A stretch of DNA of 39,015 nt from IMG/VR virus record IMGVR_UViG_3300049051_000067, positions 1-39,015 of that record, one strand, 5' to 3'. This DNA comes from a virus (lineage: Duplodnaviria; Caudoviricetes). Positions 34,120 through 39,015 of this stretch are shown piece after piece. Below the pieces are notes generated by a model. The model did no database searches, was not told the DNA's origin, and worked only from the letters and a program-made list of their open reading frames with translations. Every line of letters begins with the position of its first letter. The stretch's first letter is position 1. The position numbers were made by a program, and so were the translations under genes.

Positions 34120-34768
34120 AGAACGTCCAATCCTTTTCAGCGCGCCGATGGTGCGCGCCATTCTCGACGGCAGTAAGTCGCAGACGCGGCGCATCTGCAA
34201 GCCGGCGCAAAAATCCTTCCTTACCTACGTTGTCGATTGCTTGAAAGGTCTGTGGGGCGACGAGGGAGGCGATGTGCAGTTCAAGTGCCCCTACGGCCAG
34301 CCAGGCGACCGCCTGTGGGTGCGCGAGACCCTCGCGTGCACGTACGCTCACGGCGTCTGGTATGCAGCCGACGAGGGTGAGTTCTTCAAATGCATCGAAG
34401 ACGAGCGCGCCGCCGAACTGGCCGAGCGTTATGGGCATCCGTACTTCGCCACTGAGCAGCGCAAGATTCCGAGCATTCACATGCCACGCTGGGCCAGCCG
34501 CATCCTGCTCGAGATCGTCAACGTGCGCGTGGAGCGGCTGCAGGACATCAGCGAGGCTGATGCAAAAGCCGAGGGCATCAAGAGCCGCGCAGTCAGGACT
34601 GGCGTCACACCAGCTCCTGTAACGGTTTATGGGCTTGGCACTGACAACGATTGGTGCTCATCGGCTGCCCACGCTTTCCAGGATCTGTGGGAGCAGATCA
34701 ACGGCGCCGAGAGCTGGGCCGCCAACCCCTGGGTGTGGGTGGTCGAGTTCAAGCGGGTCACAGCTTGA
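34112..34768 (+). CDS. Conserved phage protein, ASCH/PUA-like
   Basis: KERPILFSAPMVRAILDG.KSQTRR, CPYG.PGDRLWVRET, PSIHMPRWASRI and NPWVWVVEF; start ATG 34112. Confidence 0.75.
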   Translation: MSKERPILFSAPMVRAILDGSKSQTRRICKPAQKSFLTYVVDCLKGLWGDEGGDVQFKCPYGQPGDRLWVRETLACTYAHGVWYAADEGEFFKCIEDERAAELAERYGHPYFATEQRKIPSIHMPRWASRILLEIVNVRVERLQDISEADAKAEGIKSRAVRTGVTPAPVTVYGLGTDNDWCSSAAHAFQDLWEQINGAESWAANPWVWVVEFKRVTA

Positions 34769-34825
34769 ACTTTGCAAGCGAAGAGTCACAGATTAAAGAG
34801 TGTAAAGTATAGGCAGGAGAACAAG

Positions 34826-35059
34826 ATGAAGATGTTCCTCGATTCCGATGAATTGCGCGAGCTGACAAAGCGGGTGCAACACGCCGCCCAGGCCCGCACG
34901 CTTCGTGCAATGGGCATTGAGCATCGTCCGCGCCCGGACGGAAGCCTGGCCGTCTTGCGCGCGCATGTCGAGCAGCAGCTGGGCGGCGCGCCGGCGCCGG
35001 CCCGCAAGAAAGCTGCGGCAGAACCGAACTGGGGAGCCCTCGATGCCGCGCGCGCGTAA
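34826..35059 (+). CDS. Excisionase-like DUF4224 protein
   Basis: FL..DEL.ELT......Q...L..MGI.....DG...V ... EPNW; SD AGGAG; overlaps the integrase start. Confidence 0.75.
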   Translation: MKMFLDSDELRELTKRVQHAAQARTLRAMGIEHRPRPDGSLAVLRAHVEQQLGGAPAPARKKAAAEPNWGALDAARA

Positions 35060-36095
35060 TCCCGAAAACAAGGGTCTGCCAGCGCGCTGGCGCAAGACTC
35101 ATGGTGCCTACTTCTACCAGGTGCCACCAGGGCAGGAGGGTGCATGGGACGGGAAAAAGCAATTCCGTCTAGGTACGACGCTGCCAGAAGCATACGCGGT
35201 TTGGGCTGCGCGCCTCCAAGTGACGGCCGACGCAAAGACGATCGACCAACTCCTTGACCGGTACGCGCTACAGGTGATCCCAACCAAGGCGATTACGACG
35301 CAGACGCACAATCGCACAGCTCTCAAGCCCTTGCGCGCGGCCTTTGGCAAGATGGGCCTGACCGACATCAAGCCGCGCCACGTCTACCAGTATGTGGACC
35401 GGAGTAAAGCTAAGGTGGCGGCGCACCGCGAAGTGGAGGTGCTGTCGCATGCGCTCACGAAAGCCGTTGAGTGGGGCTATATTGACCGCCACCCGTTCAA
35501 AGGCGAGGTGCGCCTCAAATCCGAAAAATCCCGCACGCGCTACATCGAGGACTGGGAGATTGTCGAATGCCTGTCGCTGGATTCGAAGCGCAAGGCCGGC
35601 AGTGTCCGGGCCGTGCAGGCATATATTCGCCTAGCCCTGCTAACCGGCCTGCGCCGCGGCGATTTGCTGCGCCTCACCATGAGCGATCTGAAAGAGGATG
35701 GCATCCATGTCACGCCGCGCAAAACCGCGAACACGACCGGCAAGAGCATCATCATCACCTGGACCGATGAATTGCGTTCGGCCGTGGCCAGCGCTAAGGC
35801 TGCACGTCCGGTCAAACTCGCTGCGTACCTATTTTGTAATCGGGATGGGCACTGCTATTTCGATGAAGAGACAGGCCGCGCGGGAGGATGGGAATCAATG
35901 TGGCGGGGCTTCGCTCAACGAGTGCTAGCGGAAACTGAAGTCGACGAACGTTTCACTGAGCATGATATCCGCGCCAAGTGCGGCAGCGACGCCGAGAGCT
36001 TGGAACACGCCAGACAGTTGCTGTCCCATGCAAACAGTGCAATTACCCAGCGAGTTTATCGACGCAAGCCAGAGATTGTCAAACCGATTAGATGA
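35043..36095 (+). CDS. int: Tyrosine recombinase / phage integrase
   Basis: TGLRRGD (R), HDIR (H-x-x-R), LLSH and RVYRR (Y); start ATG 35043. Confidence 0.93.
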   Translation: MPRARNPENKGLPARWRKTHGAYFYQVPPGQEGAWDGKKQFRLGTTLPEAYAVWAARLQVTADAKTIDQLLDRYALQVIPTKAITTQTHNRTALKPLRAAFGKMGLTDIKPRHVYQYVDRSKAKVAAHREVEVLSHALTKAVEWGYIDRHPFKGEVRLKSEKSRTRYIEDWEIVECLSLDSKRKAGSVRAVQAYIRLALLTGLRRGDLLRLTMSDLKEDGIHVTPRKTANTTGKSIIITWTDELRSAVASAKAARPVKLAAYLFCNRDGHCYFDEETGRAGGWESMWRGFAQRVLAETEVDERFTEHDIRAKCGSDAESLEHARQLLSHANSAITQRVYRRKPEIVKPIR

Positions 36096-36141
36096 AGACA
36101 GGATTCCTGCCCAAATAGCCCTTGCAGGCGCCGCCGAGCGT

Positions 36142-36846
36142 TCAAATACCGAGGTTCGTTGCGCCTGTAATCGTCTCGACGTACTGCTCATTCAGCACCT
36201 TGAGGAAGTTCTTGCCCGAAGCCACGGCTTGCAACTGAGTCATGCCGAACGGAACCACGATGCTGCCTTTTAAACTATGGCTATGGAACAAGTGGCGATG
36301 GTCCATGCGGAGCTTCTTCGGTGGCGATGCTAGGAACAATATGCTGTGGGTAGTGCTGTGCGTTTGCATCAGACCGACCAACTCATTCACCCATTCTGAC
36401 TTCAGACCCGAAGAGTAACATTTCGCCTCACCAAGCGCGTGCGTTTCCGCCTTCTTTAGCATAGGCACTGCGTTGGCCAAAGAGTTCATCAACATCATGA
36501 AGTCAATTTCGGAGGTGTTGGTTCGCACGTTGCCGCCGTGGGTAATGCACTTGCACCCGTCGAGCAAAACGCGAATCGAGCGCTCGAGGAGCCTCCCTAC
36601 AACGCCAGCCAAACGACCTTCCACCTGCCTCTTGCCGCATTTCCGCTTTGGATTAAGCGACCTCGACTTTGCGAGCGCGCCGGCGTCTAGGCCTCGCACG
36701 CGATGCAGGCGCGATAAGAGCTTGGCGAGCTTAGCCGTATCCGTCTTGCTCAGGTAACTCAGAATAGTGTCAGACGGGTTTGTATCCATGGCCGACAAAT
36801 CGGCGAGGAACTCATCGAATCCGTAGGTTGCGGTGCCCAGCGTCAT
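36142..36846 (-). CDS. PD-(D/E)xK (Mrr/restriction-endonuclease-like) nuclease; cargo gene
   Basis: GRLLE helix, VRTNTSEIDF and GEAKCY, then WVNELVGLM and SILF. Confidence 0.65.
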   Translation of the reverse strand: MTLGTATYGFDEFLADLSAMDTNPSDTILSYLSKTDTAKLAKLLSRLHRVRGLDAGALAKSRSLNPKRKCGKRQVEGRLAGVVGRLLERSIRVLLDGCKCITHGGNVRTNTSEIDFMMLMNSLANAVPMLKKAETHALGEAKCYSSGLKSEWVNELVGLMQTHSTTHSILFLASPPKKLRMDHRHLFHSHSLKGSIVVPFGMTQLQAVASGKNFLKVLNEQYVETITGATNLGI

Positions 36847-38180
36847 GCAGCACTCCCCGTTTCTACACGCAGGAATGCGACTTCGATATTGCGAGGGTCT
36901 TGACCATCAATGATACCGCCACCGTCAATCTCGAACTCCCTGTTGAGCTCTCCAGGGTCCTTCGTCCACTCATTAGGCCAATCGATAAGCAGGGCTTGCG
37001 TACGTATGCGGTACACTGGCTGGAGCAGGCCAATCTTCATCGCGGCAATTAGGCTGCGACGGCTTTCTTCAGCTGTCATTTCGAATTTCGACGACAATTC
37101 CGCTGGACGTGCGATACCCCCGGCCGGCAGTCTGCTCAGCCACTCAAGCGGGCTACCCTTATCTTTCGAGGGAAGCATTTGATATGTCATCTGGAAGAGG
37201 TTAACAATCTCTTCTACGATCCTGAATGAGTTGGGCACGCCGTGCCACACAAACAGCATATCCGTGCCAATATCCCAAAACTGGAGGCGCGTAACGACTT
37301 TCTCTTCGAACCAGTAAAGAACAACGCTGTTCGCCGTAGACGTGCCGAGCGCCTTGCGGCCGCGATCGAGAATCAGTGCACGAATCTCTTGGGGCAAGTC
37401 GCCGAGATACTCGACCAGAACTTCCTCGACAGCCTTTTCTTGATATGCTGAGCTAAGCGATACTCTACCACTACTTGCCTCCACATCGCTGCGCACGACG
37501 CGAACACGCGAGTTAGCCCCCTCGACAAAAACCTTAATGCATTCACGGATCGGCAAAGCGCTGAACGTCACGTCGATGAGGCTGGTGATAAAGCTCTGCG
37601 CATCCGCAAGCAGATCATCATACGCGATGGTTTCGCCACGTGGCGTACCGCTACCCTGGGAGAAGCCTGGGTAAAAGAAAGCTGCGATCCCTTGGCCTGT
37701 ATATAAGCGAACCAGGATCGGATGGCGCATCTGGCTGTTCTGAATAGACCTCTGAGTGGGGCTTGTATTTACCCACTCACGCACCTTGACCGTATGCTCA
37801 AGGGTGATCGACACGCAGGACGGTGTTTGCGTTACATATGCAACACGCAGTCGATACCCTCTGCTGGTCCGATTGGGGTCGCGAGAAAGTTTCGCTGCGC
37901 GCTCGGCGACGCCGGCACCTTGCAGCCGACTAAACACACAATGTCGAAATGGCGCTCCAGCCTCGATATCGAGCAGAGCGGACTGAATTTCCGCAACACT
38001 GCGGTGAGTGCGCAAAATTGCGTCCAGTGAGTCCTTGCGCGACTTAAGCGCGATCTTTTTGGTAGGCGCCAGTACTTCAATAGCAGAACGAACCTGGTCT
38101 AAAGTGAGGGAGTTCAGCAGTGTTTGGAGCTCGTCATCGCCAACGACCTCGCGTGATCGGTACACCTCGACAGTTTCCAT
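36843..38180 (-). CDS. Uncharacterised 445-aa cargo protein with a possible C-terminal winged helix
   Basis: Long ORF with composition unlike the phage core; ATGA-coupled to the nuclease gene; PAELSSKFEMTAEESRRSLIAAMKIGLL looks wHTH-like. Confidence 0.75.
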   Translation of the reverse strand: METVEVYRSREVVGDDELQTLLNSLTLDQVRSAIEVLAPTKKIALKSRKDSLDAILRTHRSVAEIQSALLDIEAGAPFRHCVFSRLQGAGVAERAAKLSRDPNRTSRGYRLRVAYVTQTPSCVSITLEHTVKVREWVNTSPTQRSIQNSQMRHPILVRLYTGQGIAAFFYPGFSQGSGTPRGETIAYDDLLADAQSFITSLIDVTFSALPIRECIKVFVEGANSRVRVVRSDVEASSGRVSLSSAYQEKAVEEVLVEYLGDLPQEIRALILDRGRKALGTSTANSVVLYWFEEKVVTRLQFWDIGTDMLFVWHGVPNSFRIVEEIVNLFQMTYQMLPSKDKGSPLEWLSRLPAGGIARPAELSSKFEMTAEESRRSLIAAMKIGLLQPVYRIRTQALLIDWPNEWTKDPGELNREFEIDGGGIIDGQDPRNIEVAFLRVETGSAA

Positions 38181-38238
38181 AGTCCGCGCTTTGCTTTCGA
38201 TTCCTCGCCAAGAGTTGGCACCGAAAAAAATTTACAAA

Positions 38239-38267
38239 AGATTACCACCTGAACTTAGTTCCGCCAA
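38239..38267 (-). promoter_or_regulatory. Putative sigma70 promoter of the cargo operon (TTGGCG-17-TAATCT with TG extension)
   Basis: -35 at 38262-38267 and -10 at 38239-38244, ~60 bp upstream of ATG 38180. Confidence 0.6.
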
Positions 38268-38332
38268 GCAAATAGTTAATGCAATGGCGTGGTTTTTCTG
38301 AATTCAATAGCACAGGCGCTCTGAATAGCACA
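38266..38332. other. Probable att-arm elements: IHF-like site and AATAGCACA direct repeats
   Basis: AAGCAA-ATAG-TTA (38266-38278) is one mismatch from WATCAANNNNTTR; AATAGCACA occurs at 38306 and 38324. Confidence 0.4.
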
Positions 38333-38334
38333 AA

Positions 38335-38362
38335 TGAAAAGGGCCGCTTCAAAGCGGCCCTT
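38335..38362 (-). terminator. Intrinsic terminator downstream of the tRNA
   Basis: AAGGGCCGCT-TTGA-AGCGGCCCTT followed by TTCATTT on the - strand. Confidence 0.7.
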
Positions 38363-38372
38363 ATAAATACTG

Positions 38373-38463
38373 TGGCGGAGAGAGGGGGATTCGAACCCCC
38401 GATAGGCTATGAACCTATACACGCTTTCCAGGCGTGCGACTTAAACCACTCATCCATCTCTCC
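38373..38463 (-). tRNA. tRNA-Ser(GGA), the prophage integration target
   Basis: 5' GGAGAGATGG; anticodon arm CACGC-CTGGAAA-GCGTG; long variable arm; GGTTCGAATCC T-arm; encoded CCA. Confidence 0.97.
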
Positions 38464-38494
38464 TGCATTCTCTCGCTCATCGCGAGAGGCCCGA

Positions 38495-38522
38495 ATTATA
38501 GCAGCGTTTCTGGAGAGTGCAA
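38495..38522 (-). promoter_or_regulatory. tRNA promoter TTGCAC-16-TATAAT (extended -10)
   Basis: Consensus TATAAT preceded by TGC, ~30 bp upstream of the tRNA. Confidence 0.7.
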
Positions 38523-38595
38523 AGGTTTTCTCATGAAACCAGGAAACCAGGAAACCTGGGTACGGCCCAAAGGGCCGGACCCAGCCTGCGTGCAA

Positions 38596-39015
38596 TCAGG
38601 AGGTTTCTTTCAGCTGCTCGAGGATGGCGGGGTTTTCCAGCGTGCTGACGTCCTGGGTGATCGCTTCGCCTTTGGCCAGCACGCGCAGCAGGCGGCGCAT
38701 GATCTTGCCGCTGCGGGTCTTCGGCAGGTTGTCGCCGAAGCGGATTTCCTTCGGCTTGGCGATCGGGCCGATCTCCTTGCCTACCCAGTTGCGCAGCTCG
38801 GTGGCGATCTTCTTGGCTTCGTCGCCGGTCGGGCGGGCGCGCTTCAGCACCACGAAGGCGCAGATCGATTCGCCAGTGGTTTCGTCCGGCTTGCCTACCA
38901 CGGCGGCTTCCGCCACCAGCGGATTGGCCACCAGCGCCGATTCGATCTCCATCGTGCCCATGCGGTGGCCGGATACGTTCAGCACGTCGTCGATACGGCC
39001 GGTGATGGTGAAGTA
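38596..39015 (-). CDS. acs: Acetyl-CoA synthetase, 3' part (runs off the window edge); host gene
   Basis: [38 protein letters not shown] and DVSTLENP. Confidence 0.95.
   Translation of the reverse strand, partial: YFTITGRIDDVLNVSGHRMGTMEIESALVANPLVAEAAVVGKPDETTGESICAFVVLKRARPTGDEAKKIATELRNWVGKEIGPIAKPKEIRFGDNLPKTRSGKIMRRLLRVLAKGEAITQDVSTLENPAILEQLKETS

Larger units (their letters stand above)
1..38372. mobile_element. Temperate lambda-like prophage integrated at tRNA-Ser(GGA); left end outside the window
   Basis: Integration, immunity, replication, packaging, head, tail and lysis modules are in lambdoid order with no evident frameshifts. The region abuts the 3' end of a tRNA. No second copy of the tRNA 3' end was seen in the window. 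Confidence 0.95.

Noticed and set aside
34905-35042. N-terminal extensions in the ORF track for int (and for 929, 1435, 4869, 14389, 22639, 31548, 34046, 34772)
   Set aside because: The extensions overlap upstream genes or lack SD sites; downstream ATGs with SD sites or start/stop coupling are better starts.
36142-38180. Cargo pair as a classical type II restriction-modification or McrBC system
   Set aside because: The 445-aa protein shows no methyltransferase motifs (FxGxG, DPPY/NPPY, PCQ) and no Walker A, so it is neither a cognate methylase nor an McrB-like NTPase.
38536-38560. Short tandem GAAACCAG repeats downstream of acs
   Set aside because: Only about three 8-bp units on the host side; no evidence of function.

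Overview
Almost the whole window (1 to ~38372) is one apparently intact temperate prophage with a lambda-like (gpA terminase, cos-type) long-tailed layout. It is integrated at the 3' end of a tRNA-Ser(GGA) gene next to the host acs gene. The host is a GC-rich betaproteobacterium, probably Oxalobacteraceae (inference). The minus strand carries cro, cII, primase-helicase, an iteron origin, cos, terminase, a Mor-type activator, portal, a ClpP-capsid fusion, tail genes, tape measure, tail tip/fibre, lysis genes and an adenine methyltransferase. The plus strand carries the repressor, an Arc-family gene, an early accessory operon, excisionase and integrase. The other att site lies left of the window. 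The most interesting items are: (1) a two-gene cargo operon with its own promoter (445-aa unknown protein plus a PD-(D/E)xK nuclease) between integrase and att, a candidate anti-phage system; (2) a stand-alone, possibly degenerate paralogue of the phage's own SF3 helicase domain; (3) a peptidase-less repressor with a convergent 48-aa peptide resembling its dimerisation motif, a SinI-like antirepressor candidate; (4) a structured antisense RNA candidate over the methyltransferase leader; (5) a nucleotidyltransferase-like/MazG-like fusion. Many cis-elements can be read directly: OR/OL operators, Mor-type sites, iterons, cos, a -1 frameshift site and an embedded Rz1. All family calls come from motif recognition by eye, not from database searches.
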